Source of the DNA: a virus
Lineage: Duplodnaviria; Heunggongvirae; Uroviricota; Caudoviricetes
Direction: 5' to 3' (one strand)
Length of the DNA stretch: 64,000 nucleotides
Virus record (IMG/VR): IMGVR_UViG_3300016484_000450
Location: 24,361 to 88,360 of that record
Part shown: positions 10,148 through 21,138 of the stretch, one piece after another
Layout of the letters: every line of letters starts with the position of its first letter
Position numbering within the stretch: the stretch's first letter is position 1
Notes under the pieces: model-generated
What the model was told of the DNA's origin: nothing
The model's database searches: none
What the model saw: only the letters and a program-made list of their open reading frames with translations
Made by a program: the position numbers and the translations under genes

Positions 10148-12156
10148 TGGGTTCTAATAAGACTATAAGATTAAGTACAACGCCTGGAGAGAGTAAAAAT
10201 ATACAGGTTAAGATTGAACAGGAATTTGATACGTTGGACATATTGAGTTTAAAGATAACTCAGTCTGAAGCGTATCGTAATTTTTGTTCTGATTATGGTG
10301 TTATTGTTGGTAGGGTTATAGCTAATGATGGTTTTGGCGTTGAGAACGCTAAAATTTCTGTGTTTATACCTATAGATGGAGAAGATTCACAAAATACGTT
10401 AATTAGTACAATATACCCATATACCACACCAAACGATTTAAATTCTGAAGGTATAAGATATAACCTACTACCAAAAAATGGTAAAAGATATACCTACTAT
10501 CAAAAATTTCCTGCAAACATAAATCCTAATAACGATATATATAACTACCAGGCACCATTCAAAGGTTCTTGGGCAACAACTTCTTGGTATTTAGAATCTT
10601 TATATGAAGATGGTTCACAATTACGTAGTAGGGAAGTAAATTCTCAGTATGGACCTAAAGTTCCAGTAGGTACTTTTCCTAGTAAACAAGAATTCTTAGA
10701 TAATGATATATTATTAGAGATATACGAAAAATATTATAAATTAACCACTAAAACTAATATTTCTGGTGATTATATGATATTTGGTGTACCAGTAGGAAAC
10801 CAAACAGTTCACATGGACGTTGATTTAAGTGATGCCGGACAATCTACGTTAACTGTAGAAGATTTTTTAAATGCTGGATTCCCATCTAGTTTATTTGATA
10901 TAGAAAATAATACATTTAAATCATCAACTAATTTAGATTCATTACCTCAGATAGAAAGTAGGAATATTAGTGTGGAAGTAGTACCGTTTTGGGGTAACCT
11001 AGAACAGTGTGAGGTAGGTATAACTAGATTAGATTTTAACTTAAATAAAACAGTTACACCTTCAGCATCATTATTAGGATACGCTTTCACAAATTTAAAA
11101 GGTTGGTTTAAACCAAATGGCCAAATAGGTGGTGGAGCTGATTTTGGACTCGATTTTGGACTAATAGGGTCTATGATACCATTAGGTGTTAGTGTATATT
11201 CTAAAGCTGTTAATAATGATTTTACTAAAACAGAAAGTTTTACTGACGGACCTTTTTTAACAACTGTACCAATGTACAGTGATAGATTAGTTACTGACGA
11301 ATTTGGTAATTTAGTTCCTAGCCCTGATAATATTAAAGGTATACCAACCTCTGGTGAATATCAATTTTATATATGGACACCAACATCACATGCTTCAGTT
11401 GAAGAAAACGCTGGTGAAAATAAAACTGCTTACCATTCTGTTAATAGATCAATACTTAGATACGATATCTTAAATAAAAAAAGATTAATATATACTATAG
11501 GACAAATAAATAACGGACAAGATTGTGCAGCTTGCCAATATAGGAAATGGTCTATTTTAGGTAATGATAAATCACCAGACGGTTCCGTTTTAACATACCC
11601 AAGTAATTATAAAGGGTTTGATAATTCTGATAGATTTGGTCGCGATAAAATTTGTTACGGTTCATTATATATGCCAAAATTTGAAGTTAAAGATGGTAAT
11701 AATACTGTTTTTGAGTTTATAACTAATTACCAACCCAATTCTATTGGTGAACCTTATGAGGGGTATAGATATAACACCGTTTGTTATTTAATGGACATTA
11801 CAGATGTAGTGACATTTAATTTACCTACATCAGCTAAAATAGGTTATACTGGTGGACAACAAATTAATGGTTTAGGTACTGGTGGTAATGAAGATAATGT
11901 TAATATCGCTAATGAAACAATACCGTTAAAAAATAACACTAACAATGGTAACGCTATAGCACCTTTATCTAGTAATAGGTTAAATACCATAGACCTTACT
12001 TTATCTAACATAGCAAACCAATCATTATTTGATGATAATGCTGGTAATATATTGGTAAACAATAAAAAGTCCCAGGCAGGTAGATATTTCATGTATTTTG
12101 GATTACATGCAAATAATAACGCATTAACTTATTTAAAAGAAAAATTAGGTGAGTAA
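10147..12156 (+). CDS. structural protein with a carboxypeptidase-regulatory-like beta-sandwich motif
   Basis: 669 aa. The N-terminal motif YGVIVGRVIANDGFGVENAKISV resembles CarboxypepD_reg-like domains common in phage tail proteins. Confidence 0.35.
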   Translation: MGSNKTIRLSTTPGESKNIQVKIEQEFDTLDILSLKITQSEAYRNFCSDYGVIVGRVIANDGFGVENAKISVFIPIDGEDSQNTLISTIYPYTTPNDLNSEGIRYNLLPKNGKRYTYYQKFPANINPNNDIYNYQAPFKGSWATTSWYLESLYEDGSQLRSREVNSQYGPKVPVGTFPSKQEFLDNDILLEIYEKYYKLTTKTNISGDYMIFGVPVGNQTVHMDVDLSDAGQSTLTVEDFLNAGFPSSLFDIENNTFKSSTNLDSLPQIESRNISVEVVPFWGNLEQCEVGITRLDFNLNKTVTPSASLLGYAFTNLKGWFKPNGQIGGGADFGLDFGLIGSMIPLGVSVYSKAVNNDFTKTESFTDGPFLTTVPMYSDRLVTDEFGNLVPSPDNIKGIPTSGEYQFYIWTPTSHASVEENAGENKTAYHSVNRSILRYDILNKKRLIYTIGQINNGQDCAACQYRKWSILGNDKSPDGSVLTYPSNYKGFDNSDRFGRDKICYGSLYMPKFEVKDGNNTVFEFITNYQPNSIGEPYEGYRYNTVCYLMDITDVVTFNLPTSAKIGYTGGQQINGLGTGGNEDNVNIANETIPLKNNTNNGNAIAPLSSNRLNTIDLTLSNIANQSLFDDNAGNILVNNKKSQAGRYFMYFGLHANNNALTYLKEKLGE

Positions 12157-13954
12157 TCAAGATTATAATATAAAAACCGTACTTGGTATTTACAAGAATA
12201 AGGTGTCTATTAATAAAGACACTTTTGTTGGGTTGGAATTGGTTAATAAAACTAGATTAACCGAACAAGATAAGAATGTTCATATAGTAAATAATGTTGA
12301 TAGATTTAATTACGAAAGAAACACTTCTGGTAAATATAGAATCAACGGTAGATTGGAAATAGTTACAGGTAATGTTAATTCATTTGCTTTTAATTATTTT
12401 CCAGCTGAAAGTGATTGGAACTTAGAAGAACTCGATACAAATCAAATCACTAAAAATTGGATAATCCAATTAACATACCCATATAGTAATGATGTCACAA
12501 CTGATATTATAACATCTACAAGTACTGGTGTGAAAACATCGAAACCAGATAAGGGTGTACAAATTTTATCTATGACTCCTGTAGATTATACTGGACGTAG
12601 AACAAAAGTATTATTAAGAACTGTACAAAAACATGGTATTTTAAATGTGGGTGAATTTATATACATAACACCAGATAATGGTATTTTAAATTATTTAGGG
12701 TTCCATAAAGTTTTAGATTTTGAATTCGGTAACGAAGAGAGGGGTTTAATATTGGAAACACCTTATGAAGGGACTATAGATATAGGTAACGTTAAAAGGG
12801 TTTTCGAACCATCAACTAACGACACACTGTATCTTAACGCAATAAGTTTAGTACAAATTTCTAAATGTGATTCGCAAGGTACAACAATAGGGGCTTTAAA
12901 TCATACTAAAATATATGATACAAATCATGGTCTTAGACTTGGTGATTATATTGATTTAAGATTTAATTCTCTTAGCCTTATAAATGGTATACATAAAGTA
13001 GTTGCTATACCTAATAGTAGTGAATTTGTTATAAGATACGAATTACCGTTTACCAATGTTGGTCCTGTTAATATTACTGATTTATCAGCAACAGCCGAGT
13101 TAAGATATAGAAGAATAGATGGTACACCATCAGATTATTATTTCAGAAAATTTAAAATATTAACAGACCTTAAAGATTATGAAATTTATAAAGCTGCTTA
13201 TTCGGTTAATATTTTTTCTGATGAATTTACTAATAAATTAAGTCTTTTCCATTTCAATAAAAATGTTGATGTAACTGATTTAAGAGATAATTTAAACAGA
13301 CCTTTAAGTGAACTTTACTTAACTGTAACTAGGAGGTCTAACCCTTTTTCTGATGTTATTAGTATATCAGAAGAAAATAGTAGTCTAGTACCTATTAGTT
13401 CTAGTGATGGGCCTATAGTTTTAGAAACTCTTTCTTATTGGACAACTAATGGGGTTGGGAGCATCCAAAGACCTAACAGTGGTGATACCTTATATGGTGA
13501 CTTTGTTGAATATAATAGTTCCTTTTTACAAGAGAATGTATTGTCTAAAGTAGTAAATAGGTTTGGTGTGTCTAGATATAATAGTACCTCTAATACTTAT
13601 TATGATAATGGTGATGGATATTATTATTTACCACATAATAAAATACAAATTAGAAAATATTCAACTACAATTGAAACAGTAGATAATAAACCAGATGAAG
13701 AATACCCAGAATATGCCCAATTAAATAATAATGGTACAGTTTCTTGGAGAGATTTATTGGATATAGGTTTTTATGATACAGTAACCAATGGTGTTGATTA
13801 CCCATTTGTTAACGGTTGTCATTATTTATATGATAATTATACTATTTATATAAGGAGACAATTACAACCTAATTTAAATGATGTTAGAATAAGAGAAACA
13901 GATTTTGTTAAGGTAAATAACCTAGACGGTAATGGTTTAGGAGAAAAATGTTAA
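12149..13954 (+). CDS. hypothetical structural protein
   Basis: 601-aa ORF overlapping the upstream gene by 8 nt. Confidence 0.3.
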   Translation: MSNQDYNIKTVLGIYKNKVSINKDTFVGLELVNKTRLTEQDKNVHIVNNVDRFNYERNTSGKYRINGRLEIVTGNVNSFAFNYFPAESDWNLEELDTNQITKNWIIQLTYPYSNDVTTDIITSTSTGVKTSKPDKGVQILSMTPVDYTGRRTKVLLRTVQKHGILNVGEFIYITPDNGILNYLGFHKVLDFEFGNEERGLILETPYEGTIDIGNVKRVFEPSTNDTLYLNAISLVQISKCDSQGTTIGALNHTKIYDTNHGLRLGDYIDLRFNSLSLINGIHKVVAIPNSSEFVIRYELPFTNVGPVNITDLSATAELRYRRIDGTPSDYYFRKFKILTDLKDYEIYKAAYSVNIFSDEFTNKLSLFHFNKNVDVTDLRDNLNRPLSELYLTVTRRSNPFSDVISISEENSSLVPISSSDGPIVLETLSYWTTNGVGSIQRPNSGDTLYGDFVEYNSSFLQENVLSKVVNRFGVSRYNSTSNTYYDNGDGYYYLPHNKIQIRKYSTTIETVDNKPDEEYPEYAQLNNNGTVSWRDLLDIGFYDTVTNGVDYPFVNGCHYLYDNYTIYIRRQLQPNLNDVRIRETDFVKVNNLDGNGLGEKC

Positions 13955-13963
13955 AAATATTAA

Positions 13964-15586
13964 ATGTCTATTTGTGATATAATTAAAAACCCGTTTAATG
14001 AGTCTGTTTTATTAACAGATATAAAAAGAGATTATGGATTAACTAACATTAATAATGTTAATCCTGGTGTAGATATTTGTGCTGAGATATTTAATGGACC
14101 TACCTTTACAAGTAATTTTACTCAACTAGTTAGTGGTTTAACTGAAACTTCATCAGGAGTTTTTGATGTAAGTAATAATGATTTAACTTTTACTTACACA
14201 TTTACAGGTAATACCGATACATTAACAGCATATACTGGTAATTTTCAGTATAAAATATATGCTAGGAATATTGAAAACCCTACAAGGACAGTTGACAATA
14301 TTACTGGGATAGTACCTACACCACCAACTTTCATAGAAACATTAACATATAGTGCTAGTACACCTTTTAGTGCTATCACTAATAGTGGTTTTACGTATAA
14401 CGATACAATATTACTAGATACTATAGATCAAGAATATGTTTTTAATAGTAATTTTAATTTTTTAAATAAAGATTGTTTAATTCGTAGAAATATAACAACA
14501 ACTAATTTAGAAAATACATATGAAGATGGTTATTCTTTATACTTCGTAACTCTAGTAAAACCAGAGATACCTAAATTAGGACCATTTAAACCAGTACAAA
14601 CATTAACACCTAGTTTATTAACAGTTAATTCGGGAACTAAAGCTGATGGTGTAGATACGTATGTGTTTACAGTACCACAAGCCACAACTGATTCTAATAA
14701 TAGTAGTAGTGTTAATTGTAAATTAATTACAGAAACTTTAGATATTGGTCCTACATTATTAAACACATTCACTTTAAGTTATTTCCCTTTTGATGATAGT
14801 GTGATGGTATCTGTTAACGGTATTACATTATCAAGTTTAGATTATACAATAACAAATAATGTTATTTTAACTATATCAGAAAATTTAGACCCTAATAGAG
14901 ATATTATAACGGTAACTTATTTAGCTTGTGACTCAACTGTTGATAGTATATCTTCAGAACAATATCTTATTACAGGGGTAACTAGTGGAACAACATCAGC
15001 GTATGTACCTACAGAGAAAGTTTATTACAATACAGACCACTCTAAATTCGAATACTACACTAATTACCAAACTAATGGTGATGAGAATACTATAGTATTT
15101 TTAAATGGTGTTAAATTAACTTATGGTTTAGATTATTATAACAGTGTGACAGTAAATAATAGAATTATTTTCGATAGTGTTACATTAGGATCTAACGATA
15201 TAATACATGTAATATATACATACATTAACGATTCTGAAGGTAACTATGGATATGTAAATATCCCTGGAAAGGCTTTAGAATGGCAGGTTTTGATACCAAC
15301 GGTAGTTAATGAAAGACTTGATGGTAATTTCTTAGTGGAGATAACTGAAAGTTGGGATACAACATTTAGTTCTACCGCAACAACACAACAAATAACAGTT
15401 GATTATATCAATAATCAATCACTTTATACAACCAGTGTACCGTCAGGTTTAACTGCTAATAACACATATATTTGGAGAGTAACTAACAATAAGGTTTATT
15501 CTGGGCTATTAGGTAATATATTTACTAAAACAAATACAAGTAAAGTAGGTAAAATTTCTTTTGGTAACGGAATAAATTCTTACTAA
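13964..15586 (+). CDS. hypothetical structural protein
   Basis: 540-aa T/S/N-rich ORF. Confidence 0.3.
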   Translation: MSICDIIKNPFNESVLLTDIKRDYGLTNINNVNPGVDICAEIFNGPTFTSNFTQLVSGLTETSSGVFDVSNNDLTFTYTFTGNTDTLTAYTGNFQYKIYARNIENPTRTVDNITGIVPTPPTFIETLTYSASTPFSAITNSGFTYNDTILLDTIDQEYVFNSNFNFLNKDCLIRRNITTTNLENTYEDGYSLYFVTLVKPEIPKLGPFKPVQTLTPSLLTVNSGTKADGVDTYVFTVPQATTDSNNSSSVNCKLITETLDIGPTLLNTFTLSYFPFDDSVMVSVNGITLSSLDYTITNNVILTISENLDPNRDIITVTYLACDSTVDSISSEQYLITGVTSGTTSAYVPTEKVYYNTDHSKFEYYTNYQTNGDENTIVFLNGVKLTYGLDYYNSVTVNNRIIFDSVTLGSNDIIHVIYTYINDSEGNYGYVNIPGKALEWQVLIPTVVNERLDGNFLVEITESWDTTFSSTATTQQITVDYINNQSLYTTSVPSGLTANNTYIWRVTNNKVYSGLLGNIFTKTNTSKVGKISFGNGINSY

Positions 15587-15603
15587 TATCATATTTATAA
15601 GAA

Positions 15604-17655
15604 ATGAGCTATATAAGTAAAAATACGGGGGCGTTTGTTAACGCCAGATTGACAGATAAAGGTAGGGAACTTTTATCAATTGGACTATTAAATTTCTCAA
15701 CTTTTAGATTGGGTGATTCAGAAGTTGATTATACAACATTAGGTAGTAACTATAACATTGCTTTACAAAATGTTCTTAAACCCAAGTCTAACCAACCTAA
15801 TTTAAAAACACCAATATTACCTACAGCTAATGCTGTAACAGCAGATGTAAGTATTAATGAATTATTACCTACAGTTTTACAAACAATTGTTGCCGCACCA
15901 GAAAAAGGGTTTTTTAACTACGATGCTACTGCTACAACAATTCAGTATACGGCTTATACGACTAATGATTATGTTGTTTTAGCTGATACTTTTATTCCTA
16001 TTACAGGAATGAATGGTACTAATATTGTAAGTGTTTATCAAGCCCCTAGTTATGTAACTGGTAGTACTGAACCATCTATTAACGATTTAATGTTAATTAA
16101 AATGAGTAACCCAGAGTTGGCATCTACACAAACTTTAGGTGTTGTTGAACTTAATACTCCAGTACCTTATTTATGGTATAAAATACAATCTTTAACGGGA
16201 GCAGTTTCTACTAACGATTTAATCGTAGAATTAGACAGAAATTTACCTGATTTTAGTACATCTACATCAGCTAATATAGCTAATACAATGTTCTATCCAC
16301 AAAATGATTGGTTGTTTGATAATGGTATCTATTCAGCTGGTACAGTATGGAATATGAATAATGTATGGAGTTACAATATACCAGGTGTTGATGTTTCGGT
16401 ATACGAAGGTTTTGAAAAATATGGCTCTGAATCATTTGTAGGTTCAAAAGAATATTATGGTTACGGTTCTGAATATAAATTAACAGGTTCTACTTCAGGA
16501 TTCTGTGACGATGTGAATTCGATTTCAATCATCCATTATTCTAATATCGAATCTTGTTCTAATCAACCAGAATTAATCTACGGACAAAAATTCTATGTTG
16601 ATACAACAATTAGTGAGTCACCTGTATTAAAAATGCCAACTTTAATGTGGCATAAAAGATATTTCTCTGGTTCTAGTACTGGTAACTTAATCGGTCAAAC
16701 ATTTATAGCTACAGGATCAACTAAAGCTGTTACATTAAATAATATTGTTACAGGTATCCAATACTATGATTTAGTAGACTCACAAACACCAACAGTTAAA
16801 GTTGGTAGAATATTCCCAGACTTACAAACTATAACAATAGATGATCAAGAGTTGGTTGCAGCATTGTCTTATAAATCTAATAGAAACTGGACTTTACCTA
16901 CAATGGAATATGGTTTAACAACTAATACAAATGGTTTCTTTAGTCAAACACAAGACGTTTATGTAACTTACTTATTAGAAAGTACTAGTGGATATACTTC
17001 AGGGATGCATTGTCAGAATATCACATGTATCACATTTAGTGGTATAGAAGGATGTCCACCTGACACATCTAAAAAAGATGTACAATTAACTTTCCCTATA
17101 TCAGAATTTCCTTACATGTACACTTCAGGTGGTACTGGGTGGTACGCTGATACATTTAAAATATTAGCACAAAGAGTTCCAACTGGAAGTTACCCTACAT
17201 CTGATGCTTGGGTAGAAATGGACTTTACATCAAGTATTAATGGACACACAGTGGGTAATAGAATAGACCCTATTAACCTTGAAAACACAACATTTACAAT
17301 AACATCAGACATATACAATAGTGGTACTACATATAATTTAGATAATTATATTAATATACCAGAAATTGGTGAAACTAGTATTCTACAATTTGGTGATGAA
17401 CAGTTCTTCTATGGTAATCTAGAGGCTTCTGGTGTTATAACAAACTATAGAACAGTGTTTAATTTTACTGTTCCACCTAATCAATGGAATTTTTCACAAA
17501 ACCCAACTTATCCTAATAGTGGACAAAATGTTCATATATCAGAAATTGGTGTTTATGATAATGTTGGTAATTTGGTCGCAATAGGTAAGTTTATTACACC
17601 TATTGAAAAAACTAATACAACAACAATACTTTTAGAAATAGCTTTAGATTTTTAA
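15604..17655 (+). CDS. tail fibre-like protein (paralog family; shared N- and C-modules)
   Basis: 683 aa. Its N-terminal 45-aa module (LTDKGRELLSIGLLNFSTFRLGDSEVDY) is shared with ORFs 17655 and 17880. Its C-terminal about 40 aa (YDNVGNLVAIGKFITPIEKTNTTTILLEIALDF) is shared with ORF 19321. Confidence 0.4.
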   Translation: MSYISKNTGAFVNARLTDKGRELLSIGLLNFSTFRLGDSEVDYTTLGSNYNIALQNVLKPKSNQPNLKTPILPTANAVTADVSINELLPTVLQTIVAAPEKGFFNYDATATTIQYTAYTTNDYVVLADTFIPITGMNGTNIVSVYQAPSYVTGSTEPSINDLMLIKMSNPELASTQTLGVVELNTPVPYLWYKIQSLTGAVSTNDLIVELDRNLPDFSTSTSANIANTMFYPQNDWLFDNGIYSAGTVWNMNNVWSYNIPGVDVSVYEGFEKYGSESFVGSKEYYGYGSEYKLTGSTSGFCDDVNSISIIHYSNIESCSNQPELIYGQKFYVDTTISESPVLKMPTLMWHKRYFSGSSTGNLIGQTFIATGSTKAVTLNNIVTGIQYYDLVDSQTPTVKVGRIFPDLQTITIDDQELVAALSYKSNRNWTLPTMEYGLTTNTNGFFSQTQDVYVTYLLESTSGYTSGMHCQNITCITFSGIEGCPPDTSKKDVQLTFPISEFPYMYTSGGTGWYADTFKILAQRVPTGSYPTSDAWVEMDFTSSINGHTVGNRIDPINLENTTFTITSDIYNSGTTYNLDNYINIPEIGETSILQFGDEQFFYGNLEASGVITNYRTVFNFTVPPNQWNFSQNPTYPNSGQNVHISEIGVYDNVGNLVAIGKFITPIEKTNTTTILLEIALDF

Positions 17656-17876
17656 TGGCATTTGTTGAAATAAATAGTAAAGTTAAGTTGGTCTTAACTA
17701 AATACGGTAAGGAGAAACTTATTAAAGGTAATTTAAATTTTAAATACTTTAGTTTTTCTGATGAACCTGTAAGATATGAGTTAGACCAAGAACCAGACCA
17801 TGTGATTGACACACAAGGTAGTGGTGATACTACTTTTTATAATGGTAATAAAAGTACTATAATATATAAAAGATAA
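17655..17876 (+). CDS. short paralog carrying only the shared fibre N-terminal module
   Basis: 73 aa. MAFVEINSKVKLVLTKYGKEKLIKGNLNFKYFSFSDEPVRYE matches the N-module of 15604 and 17880. Confidence 0.3.
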   Translation: MAFVEINSKVKLVLTKYGKEKLIKGNLNFKYFSFSDEPVRYELDQEPDHVIDTQGSGDTTFYNGNKSTIIYKR

Positions 17877-17879
17877 AAA

Positions 17880-18989
17880 ATGGCTTTTGAAAATGTAACA
17901 ACTGGTGATTTTAAAACCTACTTAACTAAGTATGGTATGAATCGACTATTAAACAATAAACTTAATTTAAAATATTTTAGTTTAAGTGATGACGGTATTA
18001 ATTACGCGGAAACTGTAGATAGTTCAGTTTTAGTTAAATCCGTAACAGGGGAGGAAATTAAAACCTTCTATAATTCATCTAATGAATTAAGATTTGTATC
18101 AGATACTACTGTTACAAGTACTAATAATATATCTAAAAAAGAAGTAGTTTTTGTTGATGAATGTAATGGTAATGAATATAAAAATATTACAGCAACAGTT
18201 TATTTAGGTAATTATTTACAAGAATTAAGAGATACGTTGTCGAATATAGACACTGTATCTATGAATTATAAACCTTATATAAGATTATTCGATTTCGTTA
18301 AAATTTATGAATACACTGAAAACGCTTTTAATGAGTATAAATTGTGGGACACGAAAGATGCTAACATCACTTATACATTTAACTCAGATGATGATTATAA
18401 AAATTACACCATATTTGACAATACTCATGTAACTAAAAATTCTGGTAGAACTAGTATTAGTTACGACCAGAACAGATTTAAAACACCATTTAAATTAAGT
18501 TTTAGTAGTTTAAGAGCTGATAATGGGGTTATAACACAAAACGGTGCTGGTAATATAATTTTATATCCAGTAAATGAAATAGGTTATTTAGCTGATGGAA
18601 CTTTTTATAGACCAGAGAACTTAACACAATTAGTTTACGATAACTCTAGAAACATATATCCTACAGTTAGATTTAACAATATTTATCATAATCTAAAACC
18701 AGATACAACAACAGTATATAAATCACCTGTGAATAGAGAAATATTCAGATTTGAAAACTTATTGGAGTCTGGTATTACTGCGGCTAAAAATATGTTTGAT
18801 TTTTATGGCGTTACATCCCCTTATGACCACAACTTAAAGTCAATTACAATTAACATGAGAGTTAATTCATCATCTTCTGATACTGATACAGTTAAAGCTA
18901 AAGACGCTAATTTAAAACTTATTTTAACTTTAGATTTGGATGAGTCTAATTGGAGTTCATTGAATAACAAAATTGATATTAACATTTAA
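17880..18989 (+). CDS. tail fibre-like paralog
   Basis: 369 aa. The N-terminus YLTKYGMNRLLNNKLNLKYFSLSDDGINY matches the shared module. Confidence 0.35.
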   Translation: MAFENVTTGDFKTYLTKYGMNRLLNNKLNLKYFSLSDDGINYAETVDSSVLVKSVTGEEIKTFYNSSNELRFVSDTTVTSTNNISKKEVVFVDECNGNEYKNITATVYLGNYLQELRDTLSNIDTVSMNYKPYIRLFDFVKIYEYTENAFNEYKLWDTKDANITYTFNSDDDYKNYTIFDNTHVTKNSGRTSISYDQNRFKTPFKLSFSSLRADNGVITQNGAGNIILYPVNEIGYLADGTFYRPENLTQLVYDNSRNIYPTVRFNNIYHNLKPDTTTVYKSPVNREIFRFENLLESGITAAKNMFDFYGVTSPYDHNLKSITINMRVNSSSSDTDTVKAKDANLKLILTLDLDESNWSSLNNKIDINI

Positions 18990-18991
18990 AA

Positions 18992-19294
18992 ATGACTGAT
19001 TTATATATCCTATCGAATACAAACTGTATTTCCTGTTTAGACTCTAAAGGTATGGGAAGATACTTAGATAACGGGAAACCTTATGGTGATAATATTTTTA
19101 AAATTATAGACTCGTTTGACCCTAATAGTGTTACAATCGGAGCAACTAATTTCTTTGGTTATTCTTTAGCCGAATACGGTTATTATGTTTATAAAAAAGA
19201 TGGTAATAAAGTAGAATTACAAAAAACAGAATTTGCTAATTTAGATACGTTATATCTAACACGTAAAAATGATAAATGGATGTTAGGTGTCTAA
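18992..19294 (+). CDS. hypothetical protein
   Basis: 100-aa ORF packed between fibre genes. Confidence 0.3.
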   Translation: MTDLYILSNTNCISCLDSKGMGRYLDNGKPYGDNIFKIIDSFDPNSVTIGATNFFGYSLAEYGYYVYKKDGNKVELQKTEFANLDTLYLTRKNDKWMLGV

Positions 19295-19320
19295 AATAAT
19301 AAAAAATTAATAAAATTAAA

Positions 19321-20436
19321 ATGACTAAATTATTAAAACCAATAGAAAGTGTTACTTACTCTGAAGAGATTATAAAAAGTAATTTCACTACAATATCTGG
19401 TGATGAGTTAAGTTTTTTATTGGTACCGTTTAGTGGTAATTCTTATTCACATTTGTGGATGGGACCACTTTTTAGTGTACCAGTAAATGATAAAATGAAA
19501 GATCCTTTTACTACATCTTATTTAGATGGTGGTTATTCTGGTACTTCATTAGAATATTTGGTAACAAATGTTGGTGATAATATTATTGTTGGTAACATCA
19601 GCAATAGTGTTTATGATATGTCTATAGATGGTTTAAATTTTAGTGTAACTATACCTTTAAACTCTTCTTACACTGGTATCACTTCTGGTTTAACAACAAC
19701 AACTTTATATGGGGCATACGCTAAAACTCCTCTATACGATAAAAAGAATACTGTAGGCCCATGTGCTTGTTCTGTTATGGATAATATGTATTCTGAGGAA
19801 TTTTCTGTTGTAACAAGAGAGATTAATCAAGGACTACCTTATAATGAAGGTGTTAATCCAGAATCTAATATGCCATACAATAGTGGTATTGTTTATTTAT
19901 TCTCTGATGATATTAGAAAACCTAATGTATCTGCTACAACAATCACAACAACAAATTCTTGGGCAACTGGATTTGGTAATGACTGCCCTTATACATTAAA
20001 TAAAAAATTCCCTTTTAATTATACAACTGACTCAATCAATGGGTATTATATGGACCAACCAGTAGGAGCAGTAGATTTATTAGGTGGTATTATTACAATA
20101 TTTAATGAAGATTTAGTTAACGCTTTTAACTTTGGTGCATCTACAGGTGGTACAAGTACTTCTGGAGCCACTTTCCCTACATCTGCTGTAACATCTACTT
20201 TTAAATCAATAGACTTACAACAGTCGTTGAATATGACGTTAATAGCGGGTAAAAATGAATTTATCACATCGACTAACCCAACTTGGGACCCTTTAGTGTG
20301 TGTTAACAAAACTTATGTAACATATCTAGAAATATACGATGAAACTGGACAATTAGTCGCTAAAGGTGTGGCAGACTCACCTCTAGAGAAAACCAACTCA
20401 TCAATGTTAGTTTTAGATGTACAATTAATGTTTTAA
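19321..20436 (+). CDS. structural protein sharing the C-terminal module with 15604
   Basis: 371 aa. The C-terminus YDETGQLVAKGVADSPLEKTNSSMLVLDVQLMF parallels the C-terminus of ORF 15604. Confidence 0.35.
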   Translation: MTKLLKPIESVTYSEEIIKSNFTTISGDELSFLLVPFSGNSYSHLWMGPLFSVPVNDKMKDPFTTSYLDGGYSGTSLEYLVTNVGDNIIVGNISNSVYDMSIDGLNFSVTIPLNSSYTGITSGLTTTTLYGAYAKTPLYDKKNTVGPCACSVMDNMYSEEFSVVTREINQGLPYNEGVNPESNMPYNSGIVYLFSDDIRKPNVSATTITTTNSWATGFGNDCPYTLNKKFPFNYTTDSINGYYMDQPVGAVDLLGGIITIFNEDLVNAFNFGASTGGTSTSGATFPTSAVTSTFKSIDLQQSLNMTLIAGKNEFITSTNPTWDPLVCVNKTYVTYLEIYDETGQLVAKGVADSPLEKTNSSMLVLDVQLMF

Positions 20437-20465
20437 TAATTAAAAAAATTTATAAATAGTTTTAA

Positions 20466-21107
20466 ATGAGTGAAGAAAGAAAGAGTGGACGCATTCTAGG
20501 ATTAGATGTGTCTACTAAAACAATTGGTATTGCTTTGTTTGAGGGTGATGGTACGTTAATGGAATTAACTAATATTACCCCTGTGATTAAACCAAAACCA
20601 GAAACAAAATTAGAAGAACTTTTTAAAAAAGTTGATGCTTTTGAAAAACTAATAACTCGTTATATCGAGTTAGATATAGAAAAAGTTGTCATAGAAGAAC
20701 CACTTTTAAATAGTAACAATGTATATACAGTTGCTACATTACTTAAATTTAATGGTATGATTTCTAAAGTAGTTTCAGAAGTTTTAAATGTTATACCAGA
20801 CTTTATATCGTCTAACGACGCTAGAAGATATTCATTCCCTGAATTGGTACAAGTAAGAACCCATAATAAAAAAGGTGAACCATATAAACAAAAAGATATT
20901 GACAAGGCATCACCAGTTCTTTTTGGTGGTTATGACTGGGAAGTTGATAAAAAGATGGTTATATGGGAAAAAGTGGCAGACTTAGAACCACAAATTGTTT
21001 GGGAATACGATAAAAATCAAAAACTTAGAAAAGAAAACTTTGATATGACTGACAGTTATGCTGCGGTTAGAGGGTTTATGTGTAAAAACGACCTTTGGAA
21101 GTGTTGA
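20466..21107 (+). CDS. RuvC-like Holliday junction resolvase
   Basis: ILGLDVSTKTIGIAL parallels RuvC ILGIDPGSRVTGYGV. VVIEEPLLNSNNVYTVATLLKFNG parallels the RuvC [22 protein letters not shown] block that holds the catalytic E. A C-terminal D..D.YAA parallels DAADALAIA. Confidence 0.6.
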   Translation: MSEERKSGRILGLDVSTKTIGIALFEGDGTLMELTNITPVIKPKPETKLEELFKKVDAFEKLITRYIELDIEKVVIEEPLLNSNNVYTVATLLKFNGMISKVVSEVLNVIPDFISSNDARRYSFPELVQVRTHNKKGEPYKQKDIDKASPVLFGGYDWEVDKKMVIWEKVADLEPQIVWEYDKNQKLRKENFDMTDSYAAVRGFMCKNDLWKC

Positions 21108-21138
21108 TTTATTAGTTATGGTTAATTAAACTTAACCC

